Shown here one piece after another: positions 13,459-26,668 of a DNA stretch of 64,000 nucleotides. Source of the stretch: Neodothiora populina (Eukaryota); the NCBI RefSeq assembly GCF_041146345.1, contig NW_027191411.1, forward strand, positions 1,860,001 to 1,924,000. Direction: 5' to 3'. The first letter of the stretch is position 1. Every line of letters starts with the position of its first letter. The notes under the pieces are model-generated. The model saw nothing but the letters and a program-made list of their open reading frames with translations, had not been told where the DNA came from and searched no databases. The position numbers and the translations under genes were made by a program.

Positions 13459-14379
13459 ACTAACCAAAAGTTCTGTCTACGATTTCTTTCGTGACAAGGA
13501 AGCTTTATGGATTATAGTATCTATTCACAATATGTGCAAAGAGAAAGAAGAGGGGGAAGAGTGATAGACGACGGCAGAGGATACACCTGAAGCTGCATCT
13601 GCAGGATATATGCTCGGGCTAAGCGACCACGGTTCAGATACATGGACAGGCCGACCACATACCCAACCCTGGATCGTGATTGACCAGTGACCTTGGAACC
13701 CTATGGTCTTTACAGATGTATATCATTGGCCATTGATTGAGCATAACTATTGCTTGATATATGAGAACCACAGCATCACAGCTATGTACACGCTTTCAAC
13801 AGGGGGAACAGCGAAAAGGCAATGCTAACTCCATGATTCGGGACTCGATATATTGCGGAGTAATTAGTGAAAGTTTGTATAAATGAGTCCCCGCCCTCTT
13901 CCCCACCTCTGTTTGTTTCCGGGATTTCCCCTACGGCACATCTCGTGCATAAAGGCATCTGCATTTTGGAAGGATACAAATTACTGTAAAGCTTTAGTCA
14001 CCTTATTCATGATTACTTACCTTACCTGATAGATACTAAGAGTCACGGCACGGAAGGAGTTGATATGGGGTAAAAGTGTGGGCCGAAGGAAAAGATGGAG
14101 TAAGGTACCTGCTAGTTGTCCGGGAAATGTGATCGGCAAGGTCACTTTAGGTGTGTACATCCCATACTCTACGTAACGCATTGAGATCGTTTCGTTTCGT
14201 TTTCTTGTTTGATGTAGGTATGTGTGAAATCCGCTCTTGTCACAAGTTCAAGATCTCTGGGTATCGACATTGCTTAATTATCCAGTATTCACATGTATGT
14301 AGAAATATCCACATGGCAAATCCATTCATTCCCTCCTCCTGGCTGGGTCTTCCATACATGCCGTATATACAACTCTCTC

Positions 14380-15518
14380 TCAATCGACATCTGGCACAGG
14401 CAAATCATCAATGAATCTATACTTGAACCCAATCTTCCTCATGGCCTCCTCTGCCTTTTCGCGCCGCAGATCCGCCGCCGCCTTGTCCGTCACGAGCACG
14501 AAATCATACGTCATGAGCGCAGAGCCGAGTTCGACGCCGTACGTGTTGGCCATTTCTGGGTCTTGCACGCGCTGGATGTCGACTAGCAGGGAGTTCTTGA
14601 CGCCGAAGACTGCGTCGGTGGATTCGTAGGGGTCGTTTCGCAGGTAGAGCGCACTGTTTCTCGAGAGATTAGTTCGGTCTCGATGAAAAGAAGAAGAAGG
14701 GAGGAGAAGGAGACGTACGTGATCAGGGGGTCGAAGCCGTCCTTCTTGAACATGAAATGCATGTGGCTGGGTCGATACGGATGTCTCTTGAGATGCATCA
14801 ACAGCTTGCCGACGGGCCCATCGTGCGGAATGGGATACGGCACGGGCACGATCGCCTTGAACCAGAAATCGCCCTTGTCGTCGCTCGTCAAGACCGCTCG
14901 TCCGTCCGGCCCGTTTCGATCCGCGTACTGCACGTCGTAGAAGCCTTTGCTGTCTGTCTCCCATACGTCAATCATCGCCCCGGGGATCGGGTTGCCGTCC
15001 ACGTCTTTTACTGTGCATAACACTAGCAGTTTCTCGCCTTCGGGGTCGTGGGAGATTGTGCCGCCAAGGGATTCGTGCTGGGCTTCGTGCGTGTGGAAGG
15101 GGCCTAGTACTGTGCCTTCTGTGCTGCCCTTGGGCTTGGGGTGGTCGATTGAGTCGACTAAGAGCGATAGACCGAGGACGTCGGACAGTAGAATGAATTC
15201 CTGTATTGAGGTTTCTCCGAATCAGCCGCCGCTGGGCATTTGGAGTGATATTGTCCAATGGGCAGACGTCGTCTGGCAACTCACCTGTCTGACATCACTG
15301 CATATTTGTCCCACTTGGGTCAGGAATAGTATTGCTGTCATCCATTCATCTGTCGTGAGTCTCGTTTCTCGTGCGAGATCGTGCAGGTGCACTACTGTCC
15401 GCTCCAAGATGAACTTGAGTCGTAGATTGGGTGTTTGGGAATTGATGGCGTGCACATTCTCCGTGATGTTGTCGATTGTGAGGTCCTTGAGACTCGGGGG
15501 TGCGGCGCCTTCTGCCAT
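14380..15518 (-). CDS. Intradiol ring-cleavage dioxygenase, hydroxyquinol 1,2-dioxygenase type; introns 15284-15201 and 14718-14654
   Basis: RQEFILLSDVLGLS, STEGTVLGPFH, GFYDVQY, PVPYPIPHDGPVG and RPSHMHF (Tyr/His iron ligands), plus DAVFGVK. Confidence 0.92.
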
Positions 15519-16589
15519 TGTCAAGTAAACTTCCTCCTTGAATTGACTATATTTTTTTGTTTATCTCTGATTGACCGTCTGTACGACAAACAAGAGAGAT
15601 TGGCAAAACACGGAAAATTGAACCTTGTACTTGTCTACCTCAAATCTTGGAACCTGCATGGAGATTATGCCAAAGGAAACCTACCTTAGGCAGCGATAGG
15701 CCCAAAAACAGCGCATGTGTCACGTTTGACACCAGTGTAAGACGATCCGAAAGTCACCACATCTGCTATGCCGAATGCCGACCAGCAGCCGTCTAAAGTA
15801 AACACAGCAGACCTGTCCTTACAACAATCGAGCTTCGCCCCGCGTTTATGCGATGTTATTCGAGGTCAGCAGCGTGCTCATTGGTGCCCTCATATGCGAT
15901 AAGTCGGAGTTACTGAGGGGTAAATCTTTCGCGATGTGCGGTAGACGGCGCGGCAAGCTTCGGAAGTCAGGGCCCGCACTGCGGATATACAATTATATCT
16001 TCTCCACTTGCATCCGCTGAGTGATTTACATGGACCGTGAAGCTGTGATGAAGGGGTTATGAGTAAGTGGGGTCTCCCTGCTGTGATGACTGACAAGCCC
16101 CAGAAGAAGACAATGATCTGGAAGCACTTGTGCCAATTGCCGAAGCCCTCATACTTGCAGACCGAGGGGCCTTCTTGGTGGGGAAGCCAGCGCCAGTGGG
16201 GGTTTCCCCAGGGACTGAATCTCCAAATGACTGCCGCTAGTCATTTGCTTCATTTGTGCAAGCAAGTTCGGATATACTGGAAGGAGAAGCGTAGCGAGGC
16301 ACGGGGAAGCAGAGCCAGCACCCCAGCACGAGTAGAATATATTCGACAAGACCTCGAAATGATGTCAATGTTGATTGTTGTCGGAAGTGGGACTCGGAGC
16401 TCTTTGCCTGACTTACCTCACCTTACGCATTAATTGCAGCCAAGTAATATTGCCACTGCATCGGAGGTCGTGGCACGTCGGCGACGAATATTGTGTCCTA
16501 GTAAGCGCTTGAACTCTCCATTCCATGACCATTGCCTTGAACCGCCCGCGACAATCCTGTACCAAGCACACCGTTACAATCGCATCACA

Positions 16590-17672
16590 ATGAATACTTT
16601 CGAATACAATGTCCTTGCTAGTAGAGTCATCTTTGGCCCGGGAACTGTGAAGCAGCTGCCTGCTGAATTGAAAAGGCTTAATGTCTCGTCTCCGTTGCTT
16701 CTGTCTACGCCTAGAGGCAGCAAGCAGACGGATGAGTTGGTCGAGATTCTCCATGGAGACTCCATGCAAGCCGCTGGAGCATTCAACAACGCTGTCATGC
16801 ACACACCTACGCATGTGACAGAGAATGCGTTGCAAGTCCTCAGGTCCAAATCAGCGGACAGCGTAGTATCCATCGGCGGCGGCTCAGTCGTTGGACTAGG
16901 AAAAGCCCTCTCCATTCGCGCTGGCATTCCTCACATCAGCATTGCAACTACTTTCTCTGGGTCGGAGATGACTCCAATTCTTGGCGAGACAGATCAAGGG
17001 AAAAAGACGACACGCTCCGACCCTAAGATCCTACCTGCGACTGTAATCTACGACGTGGATCTAATGATGACTTTGCCACAGAAGACATGCACTGTATCAG
17101 GTATCAATGCAATCGCTCATGCTGTTGAAGCTTTGTATGCCAAGAATACCAACCCTGTCATCACCTTGCTCGCACTGGAGGGCACGAAAGCATTGGCGGA
17201 AGCTTTGCCACAGATCAAAGCCGACCCGTCCTTGAAGCCCGCGAGAGACAGGGCACTCTACGGCGCCTGGCTCTGCGGCGCCTGTCTAGGATCGTCGTCG
17301 ATGGCGTTGCACCACAAATTATGCCACACGCTCGGCGGCTCAATCGGGCTGCCTCATGCCGAGACACACACGATCGTCCTGCCTCATGCGCTTTCCTACA
17401 ACGCGCCCGCGATCCCCGAGCAGATGGCCAAGTTAGCAACCGCGCTTCCTGATAGCGACGGTGATGCGACCAAGGGTCTCAATCTACTTCTGGACAAGCT
17501 AGAAGCCCCAAGAGCGCTCAAAGATCTCGGTATGAGCGAGAGCGATATCGATAAGGCGACGGAAATCGCGATGGGCACACAGTATCCTAATCCGAGACCG
17601 CTGGAGAGAGCCGCTATTCACGAGCTGATTCGACGAGCGTGGGCAGGTGAGCCTGCTCGAGCGGACTTGTAG
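16590..17672 (+). CDS. Maleylacetate reductase (iron-ADH fold)
   Basis: RVIFGPG, SIGGGSVVGLGKA, TTFSGSEMT, NAIAHAVEALY, MALHHKLCHTLGG and LPHAETHTIVLPH. Lies next to the hydroxyquinol dioxygenase. Confidence 0.93.
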   Translation: MNTFEYNVLASRVIFGPGTVKQLPAELKRLNVSSPLLLSTPRGSKQTDELVEILHGDSMQAAGAFNNAVMHTPTHVTENALQVLRSKSADSVVSIGGGSVVGLGKALSIRAGIPHISIATTFSGSEMTPILGETDQGKKTTRSDPKILPATVIYDVDLMMTLPQKTCTVSGINAIAHAVEALYAKNTNPVITLLALEGTKALAEALPQIKADPSLKPARDRALYGAWLCGACLGSSSMALHHKLCHTLGGSIGLPHAETHTIVLPHALSYNAPAIPEQMAKLATALPDSDGDATKGLNLLLDKLEAPRALKDLGMSESDIDKATEIAMGTQYPNPRPLERAAIHELIRRAWAGEPARADL

Positions 17673-18939
17673 GTCTAGATCTTTCACCATTTCCATAATC
17701 GGGCCATGCAAATTCATACCCACTAGGATAAAGATGTTGAAGGGAAAGACGAGCCGAGATGCTACACTTATCGAGTTCTTGCAATGCTATGCTCCTTGCA
17801 TCACCTTATTCTGAAGTCGTTGGTCATCGTTGTGAGTGATGTCATTCTCTGAGACCTGCATCAGGCCCCTGTCACTTCTGTGATCCTGGCAGCTTCCATA
17901 TACCACCTGCCAGGCGTATGGAATATTACCGAGTGAGACATGTGGACGCGGCCTGCATGCAGTCTTGTCTGATCGTGGAGGCAAGCTGTTGGTCGATGTA
18001 CCGTCTTGCCTTTTGTCTTCATGGTAAACGGCCAGACTCGTGCACTTGCCGATTTACCATGCTGTAGAATTGGCCTTCCTTGTTATGCCCTCCATGCCCT
18101 TATCACATGAACCCTAGCCAGACTGACACCCTTTCTTCAGAACCGTCGGATACCTGCTGGGTTAGTTGTTATGCCGCCAGTCCGCGGTGGCAGATCGTTG
18201 CGTGGCCAGCATGGCCGATGTCCGACTCCTCACGTGAAGGTCGAGAACTTCCAGTGCTGCTCGGGATCTGACCCAGCGGGCATGCTCGGGCTGTCTAGCC
18301 TAGCAGATGTTGTCGGCTATGTGACCCAGCGGGCAGTCCGAGGCATCCAGTGGTGCAGGACGTGTGCGCGATCTGACCCAACAGATGGCCTTTGGTTCTT
18401 TAGCTGAAGAATCGATCTTGATCTCAGAGATCGCCACCGCGTGTTACGACGGGTGCTTGCTGTGCTCTCAGCATGGCTGTCAACGTTGCTGCAGTCTCTG
18501 GATGTAGATGACCCCGCTTCCATTGCCACTCTGCATAATGGTATCCACTCAAGTGTGTAGCAAACTTGCAGGCTTTGAAGTTTAGGTGAGGAGATTTTGC
18601 CTGATGTTGCTCCTTCCATTGCAATTTGCAATTTGCTAAGGCAGATGATTGAAACGATGGCTCAGTCTCAGGTTCACACTACGTGACAGAACCTGCTGCA
18701 CCGCTCCTACACTGTGCTGGTACTGAAGTGTACTTGTACTGTACAGCACCTGACTCGTGAATAGTTTATTCAATGCTCAATTTCAAATGTTTATGTACAT
18801 AGATATGCTCGCTAATGTCGGCCAATAAAAAGTCATCACACCATCACACCATTATACAAAAGAAAGCTGATGTATTGCTCAGTTATTACTCTTTGTACTG
18901 CAGGTCTGCGCGATCAAGAAATGAATCAAGATTGATAAA

Positions 18940-20412
18940 TTACTCCTGGTTGTCTGCGCAAGACCAACTCTTTCCTGTCGTGTCGATAGACATCTGGTAA
19001 CCTGAAGCATAGAGACCAACACCACAGATGATGAAGCCCAATATGATAAGTACAAGGTTGCACATAGATAGCCAGATCTTCTTGGCAGTGTTGAACCATC
19101 CATCATGCCAGTTGAGGTAGAACCAGCAAATTCCCGGCAGTCCATACGAGAACCATGAGGCGAAGAGGGCTGAAATTATTCCGAGAAGATCAGAGAAGTT
19201 AGGGATGGACTCGGCAATGATCCATGCGATGACCCAGACGAGGGTGGCAAGACCGATCCAAGAGCCAGTAGCGACCAATCCGCGAGAGTGTAGATACTTG
19301 GAGCCTGCAAACATACGTAGGTAGACGTACTTTGCGGTGACGTGCGCGAAGATGACTCCTGCAATGATGATAGTCGGCAATGCGATACCCCAAGCGACCT
19401 TGCGCACGATGGGCGAGTTGCTGCTGAGTGCCGGGCTTGTGACATTCTCACCAGCGTAACGGTAGATGACGGTAGCCGCAACAATGTACAAAGAGATATC
19501 GACTGTCTGGAGAAGGATCAGGGACTTGGGAAACTCCTTAGGATCGCGGAGCTCGGAAATGAAAGAAATCCATGCAACATGGCCACCATAGGCGAAGACG
19601 ACGTTGGAGATGGAGTTGAACGCCGAGGAGAAAGTTGGGTGGTAGCTCGCTTTCATCATGTTCTGAGCAGCTTGTGGAGAGACGCCGAGGGCGACCATGG
19701 TAATCATGACTGCAGACACAATACTTGTGAAAGAGATGATCGATAAAAATGACACATTTTTCAATGTACGGGGGATCGACAGGATAGTGAAAATCACCAG
19801 ACCGACAACGCCCCAGACGATAGTACACGTGGCGTGTTGGGTGAGCACATTCATGGCGATGGTGAACGTGAGCAAATGCGAAGCCATGCAAAAGATGCAA
19901 TAGATGATGTAGGCGGCACCGAACACCTCTTTGCCAATAGGGCCTAGTAGCACCCCGCCGACGTCGCCGTAGTTAGTAATATGAGGATATCTCATCCTAA
20001 ATTGCCATAGCACGTAACCAGAGTAGGTTGTGACAATACCAAGGGCCACGATGGAGATGAGGCCACCGACCAAGCCAACTTTGGCCAGGACTCCGGGTAA
20101 TGAGAGAATACCTAGTGAGATGTTCTCTGCAATCATGACTAGAGCACCCTGTATCCATGTCATGGTCTTGTCTGATGAAAGGTATTAGTCACCAACAACA
20201 GCAAATGGCGTATGCATATGGTTACGGAAGCACTCACATTGAATCTCGGCGCCTTCTTCGTTGCCATAGGCGTCCAGGACTTCAGTCTGCTTCATATCGG
20301 GCAAAGACTCCTCGTCAACAGGCACAGAGTCGGCAACGGCCACATCATCCGGGCTGTGTTCAGCTTTAGGCTCTCCGCCATTCGCTGGGACTGCCCTTGA
20401 TTTGAAGCCCAT
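18940..20412 (-). CDS. Neutral amino-acid transporter, AAAP family (Neurospora Mtr-like); intron 20237-20172
   Basis: Spliced EIQYKTMTWIQGALVMIAENISLGILSLP, plus FAYGGH...SELRDPKEFPKSL and many hydrophobic helices. Confidence 0.9.
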
Positions 20413-23400
20413 CCTTCGTGGGTGATGAAAAGCGAACTGAAGGAGGCGAGAACGTGAAGTATGGTCTACTCCAGTAGATTTCCAAAATGATTAAAGAGGT
20501 CAATACACGAGTCTACTACGCTCCTTAGAGTTCACTCAATATGACGTGGTGATCACAATCAAGGTGAGAGAACAGCGATGCGAAGGATTCAAGAGAAGAA
20601 AGGAATATTGGTAAGGTTGCATATCTGTGACCATGACCCTTCTAGTGGGTACCTACAATAAATATGCCCTCATCCCGTTTGCAATGAATTTCTGTAGGAT
20701 TCAAGCTAATTGTGGGCGAAGAGTTCTCAAGACGTAATGACATCCCAATAGTGCGGATGTTTTGTAGCACTACCTGTTGGATCGGCTGAGCTACGGTCAA
20801 AAGTTGAGCAATTATCCAATACCCCGAAAAGCCTATGTAAGTGTTATGATGCAAGAGACGTGGGGACGAGCTGTCAGCAACAAGAGCTCGCAGTTCAATG
20901 GTTGAGGCCACTTTCTGTACTACCAAGTCATTCAGGTCGTCGTCGTCGTAGACGCTATTTAGACGAGCGAAGCGTAAGAGGGTCCAACGTGCAAGACTTT
21001 GATGTGGATGTTCGAACAAGGTTACGGAAGGGTCACGGAGAATACCTATGTAAGATTTCTCTGACTTACCGAGCCGATCTCGGCCTATATCCGTTATCGC
21101 TCTGCTGACATATGCACCTAATCGCACCTAAATTATCGGATGCCGCCGTCTCCGGATTATCAACAGAATTGCCGGGCTGACTCGACCGTGGACCTATTCA
21201 TTACTACATAACTTGGAAAAATTATTGCTATGCGCTATCTTCACCTCGTATATTGACGCGGAGCACTCAATATCGTCTCGGTCGTAGTCTGTTGCATTCA
21301 CTGCTCGCTTCCTCGTGTCGACTGCTGACTTGCTTCGCGCACAGTGCACCACCAGTTCTTGGATCTGGGTCCACTCTGGGTGTCCCAGACAGTATCAAGC
21401 TTATCGTTCTTATAATCTCCTTGCAGCACAGCAGTCAATAGGCGTGCAACGCATCAAAGGAGTCAATGCCAGCCAATCCTAAATATTCGCGACGAGTCAT
21501 TCGAAAGTATGCCTAAGGGTTGTAAGGAGGACTTGCAGTGCGTCTTCGCCATTGAAACGACTGCTGCCAAATGATCAAATGGATGACCACTCCACCTCGT
21601 AGTCACACTGATTGGCATTGCGCTGACGCTTAGCTCTGGAGTAGATGGTGGCCAGCCTTGGTGAATGGCCGTTCGCATCGAGTAATTGTCCCCACCACGG
21701 ACTCACGAGCGTTCCGGGTCCCCATATTAGTGGAGAGCTTCGTCATGACTTGTGTTCCTGGTAAGTATTTCTAGAATATTTCTGTAATGCATTCCACGGC
21801 CTGTATCTTTCTTATCGCCTTTAGTTCTCCATACTCCGATCTCCACGGCCAACAATTGGCACGTGTGGCGTGATCGCATTTCGTGCTTTGGCCTCTGAAT
21901 ATGCACTAAGGTTGATTCTCACGACACGTTATACCATCTCCTGGTTGCATAAAAGTGTCTAATCAAGAGCGATGTATTGTAGTGAGGTGATTTCGAGACA
22001 GCATGATACTACCTTCCTGCTTGTCTGTTCCTCGTCTCGTTGCACACTCTAGTCCACTTCAGCCAGGAGCGAACCAAGATTACGGTGACCTCTGCATTTG
22101 CTACTGTACTTGTACCCCTGCCCAATACAGCCGCACAGACAGTGATTCTCCGTGCTGTCATGGGGTTCAGCCGTCGTCGACATAGCATGTTGTACATTCA
22201 GACATCCAGAGCAAGGCACATGCCAACGGGTTGTCCTAGAGCAAATAAAAGATTGAGATGCAGTCGATGAGGCTTGCATTGTACGCCAACACGTCATGAA
22301 TGGTAGGACAATATCTTGAAGTGTTTCCATTAGCCAGATGGTGGTCTGCTGCCGCAGAAATGCTTCAGTCCCCAAAAATGACAGACTCCGGCGCCATCGA
22401 AGCAGAATGCTTTACTAGCTACGCCACATCTAGGAAATAGACAGTATCCATACATTGTGAGAGGAAAACGATCTAACCAACTAGAGTGGCACAAGTCTAT
22501 AAGAACTTTATATGCTTTAACGCCGTACGACGAACTCTCTTCCACTGCTTCTCAGTATGTTCTACCCCAAGGACAGATAAGGGTAGATTCCCACAGGTGC
22601 GGGCCGTCTCCCGCGCGGATTTGGACGGAACTTAGATGCCTCACAGTACCTAGAGATACCTTACACAGAAGCCGTCGAACATACAGTATGGCGCACCAGA
22701 CTCGTAAACCACAGCACAGCGCCGTTCGTTGCAAATGTGTGCATTTTTAAAGCCCAAAGAGTGATCCGATAGAGGTGTAACATCGGATTGTGTGCACTCC
22801 ATAGCATGGTGCAGACTCAGGCATTTCTCCTGTGACAAACGGTCCATCGTGTATTTATTTTGATATATCACTATCGGGGTAAAACTCCCATTCGCACTCA
22901 GTTGTCGGCAGATATTGCACTTTCGGGGCGCTGTATTGAATTCTAGGCGTCTAGACCGATAAAGGGTCAATGAGCAATAGCTTTCCCACCCTAGTCAAAC
23001 AAGTCAGCCTTCTCAGGTAGTTTGGCGTCCCGTTTAGGAGGGTCTGGGTAAACGGGTTTGCCGGATGCGAGGAGTGCGCCCCTGCCAAGAGCCGATCAAA
23101 CCCTCTCTATCCTGAAGGAGTATCTACAAGTACGTTGAAACGTGAATGCGGTGTTGCCCTTGGGCCGTTATACCAGAAGGTCTCCGGGTGCAGACGGCCC
23201 GTTTGCGTCGGGGGGTCTGTAGCACTCGTACAGGTTTACTGGTAGGGAGGTCCGAAGCCTGAAGAATCATGCTCTTGTGTCGGGCGTCGTGATCACAATA
23301 CATGATTACTTACATGCCTATAGGACATCATCGGGGATAAGTGGAACAAGAATAGTCCAGACTGCGACGACTATTGAACAACAGAGTCATTTGATCGGAT

Positions 23401-24590
23401 TGTTGTCGCCTTAGCATCATGTGTCAGGCGCCGACCATACCATGGAGAACACAACGAAGCAATACAATCAGTACAAGTGCGAGTGATGAAACTTCTCAAC
23501 TCCACCGAGGCAGTCGCACACGATTGTACAATATCACCTCGTCATGTCGGAGTATTATTCGCAGGGTAAATATTGCTCCAGGTCAACTACTCATATCGCT
23601 TTACTAGATGGAGCGGTTCTTTGTGGCGACACCCACCTGTGTAATACATCCTGGGCCAAGGCAACGGGCTCGTATATCCGGTGATTGGCCTTACTGGTAG
23701 TGACGAGTTTGGCGCTCAAGCTCATCGTCTTCAGTGACCGTCGCAAAGATTCTACCATTGATCCCAAGGGAGGCGAGCGACTCAGATAGTACGAAGGTCC
23801 GGCCCGTTGCCGGCCGAGCCTTGTCTCAGTGTCCTCGGATGATAAAGTAAGGTAGATTGCTATGGACAAAGCAATCGAGGCATCTCCAACCGCATTAAGA
23901 ACTGCTGCCGCGCTTAGAATATACACACTGATACCTTAGCTAAAGAACGGGAGTGATCCTTTGGAGGAGTTCTTTCGGGGGGCTTTCAGTGCCAGAGAGC
24001 GCCAGCAACTCTCCATGCCAAGCAATTCGGCAAACTCTGGCCCCTATACCATTTACCCTCGTGAAATAAAGCCAGCATAGTCGTGGATGCCACCGAGCCG
24101 TACCTCTTAGAAAGCTGAAGGAAAATGGTAATTTTTGGCTTGCAGCCACTGTCCTTTGTCTTCAGCCACCCTTGAACACTGGTTTGTTTAGTGCGGAGAA
24201 ACCTATATGGAACCAAAAAACATGTAATCGGCTTAAGAAGTACAAGCCGTAAGACCTCGAAAATCCAGGATACAATGTATTAAGCGCCGTGTTGCGCGTT
24301 GGCTCTCAGACACGTTGACGGCGTCTGTGCAGGTGTTTCTGAGATGTGAAATGTCCGACAGAGTTTCTGCATTGGAGGGTAGTAACCGCCTGAGACAGCT
24401 CAATAGTCGTAGTGGGGTCTTCATTGTTCTAGTTGCTCGCCCCTAGTACAAAGGCAGCTCGACGTTGAAGAACGTTAGCACAGCATGACGCGGGTAGTAA
24501 TGAACAACGGCAGCATATTAACGGCAAGTATGCCCATCTTTTTGAACATTTCAAGCTCATCTCAATTTCTCTACTCACCTGTACATCATC

Positions 24591-26668
24591 ATGGTGTCTT
24601 CAGTATCTCGTTACCTTTCTCAGGCTTTGTCTGCTGCTGCGGCCTTGTCATACCTAGTCACACCGGCACAATGCCTGAGCTCTGCCCAGTGGCGCTCGCA
24701 ATCCATTTATCAGGTCGTCACAGACAGATTCGCCAGGACCGATGGATCAACCACGGCTGATTGCGACATTGCCCACTATTGCGGAGGATCATGGAGGGGT
24801 ATAATTAACAAGCTCGACTACATCCAAAACATGGGCTTTACTGCCGTGAGTATCCAGAGGTGATGCTTGAGAGAACAATTTCACTGATATCAGGTCAGAT
24901 TTGGATCAGTCCTGTTGTGAAGAATGTCGATGTATCTAAGAGTAATCCAGATGGACAAGCCTACCACGGATACTGGGCGCAGGATATCTACCAAATCAAC
25001 ACCAATTTTGGACCAGCTTCAGATCTTGTAGCACTATCCAGTGCTCTCCACGCTCGGGGCATGGTGCGTTAGATGGGTTTTATTCTGCCGAATTCAAGAG
25101 CTAACATCGATGCGTAGTACCTCATGGTCGACGTCACACCTAACCACATGGGCTACAATGGTGCACGTAACAGTGTCGACTATAGCACTATCAACCCCTT
25201 CAACCAACAGACTTATTTCCACTCAGCCTGCTCCATCGACTATTCGAGTCAGACTAGTATTGAGACATGCTGGGCCGGGGACAACACGGTTGCTCTGCCA
25301 GACTTGCGAACCGAAGATACTAATGTTGTGACTATGTTCCAGACCTGGATTAAGCAATTAGTCTCCAACTACACCATTGATGGCCTCAGAATTGATAGCG
25401 CTGCTCACATCGATCAAGCCTTCTTCCCTCCGTTCGGTGAAGCTGCTGGCGTTTATACCATGGGTGAAGTTTTCAACGGCAACGAATGGCAGTATTGCGA
25501 GTACCAGGATTACATGGACGGCATGCTGAATTACCCGGCATACTTCTGGATCACGCAAGCCTTCAAGGCCCCCGGAGGCAGTATAAGCAGTCTTGTTAAC
25601 GGCATCGAGATCATGATCGGCCAATGTTCTGATACCACTCTTCTTGGCTCCTTCATTGAGAATCATGACCAGCCTCGATTTCCCTCATACACCTCTGACA
25701 CAGCACTAACAAAGAATGCTGTCGCATTCAGTATGCTTGCCGACGGTATCCCAATCATCTACCAAGGTCAAGAGCAATCTTTCAGCGGCGCGTCAGTGCC
25801 AGCCAATCGTGAGGCCTTGTGGACATCGGGCTACTCCAAGACTTCGAGCATGTATACCTACATCACACGCCTCAACCAGATCCGCAAGCGCGCAATTGGC
25901 CAGGATACTGGTTACTTGCCCTACAACGCCTACCCGGTATATTCTGATGACTCGACCATCGTCATGCGAAAGGGTGCGACGAATGGTCAAGTAGTCGGCG
26001 TGTTCACAAACAAGGGCTCCTCGGGCAGTGGATCATTCACACTCTCTTCAAAAGCCAGTGGTTTCACGGCTGGACAGTCCGTTACTGATTTGCTCACCTG
26101 CAAGTCACAAACCACCAACTCGAACGGCGACCTGGCTGTGACCATCGTTGGCGGTCTTCCTCAGGTTTTCTATCCTTCTGCTCAACTATTTGGAAGTCCC
26201 ATCTGTGGATCGTCAGCAATGTCGGCATCCTCGGCATCCGCGACATCCTCCGGCAACGGTAGGGTCAAGAGCACTCTTTCCACATCCGCCACAGCATCCG
26301 CTTCCAGCTCCGGCAGCTCAGCATGTGCCACACCAACGTCGGTCACAGTCACTTTCGAAGAGGCAATCAACTCGACGAGCGGTTTCGCCTCGGGATCCAT
26401 CAAGATTGTTGGCTCAGTCTCTCAACTTGGTTCTTGGGATCCCAAATCAGCCATTGACCTAAAGGAAGATAATTCTGACGAGTGCGATGACTACTTTTGG
26501 GGCACGGTCTCTCTGCCACCTGGCAAAGTTATCCAGTACAAATACATCAGTATTGGTAAGGATGGCTATGTCAGCTGGGAGGCAGATCCAAATCACACCT
26601 ACTCCGTACCATCAGGGTGCTCAGCTACCGCTGCCCCGACTGTCTCCGACACCTGGCAAACCAAGTAA
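24591..26668 (+). CDS. Secreted alpha-amylase (GH13, Taka-amylase type) with Ser/Thr linker and C-terminal CBM20; introns 24846-24898 and 25064-25117
   Basis: Signal-like N-terminus, [21 protein letters not shown] and [10 protein letters not shown]. Catalytic motifs DGLRIDS, GEVF and FIENHD. CBM20 motifs [16 protein letters not shown] and WEADPNH. Confidence 0.95.

Noticed and set aside
16434..16589. N-terminal extensions from TTG/GTG starts in the ORF track (also 50172 and 48756)
   Set aside because: This is a eukaryote, and family similarity begins at the downstream ATGs (16590, 50373, 48819).
24150..24590. AmyR/CreA sites upstream of the amylase
   Set aside because: I found no clean CGG-N8-(C/A)GG by eye, and isolated SYGGRG hexamers are expected by chance.
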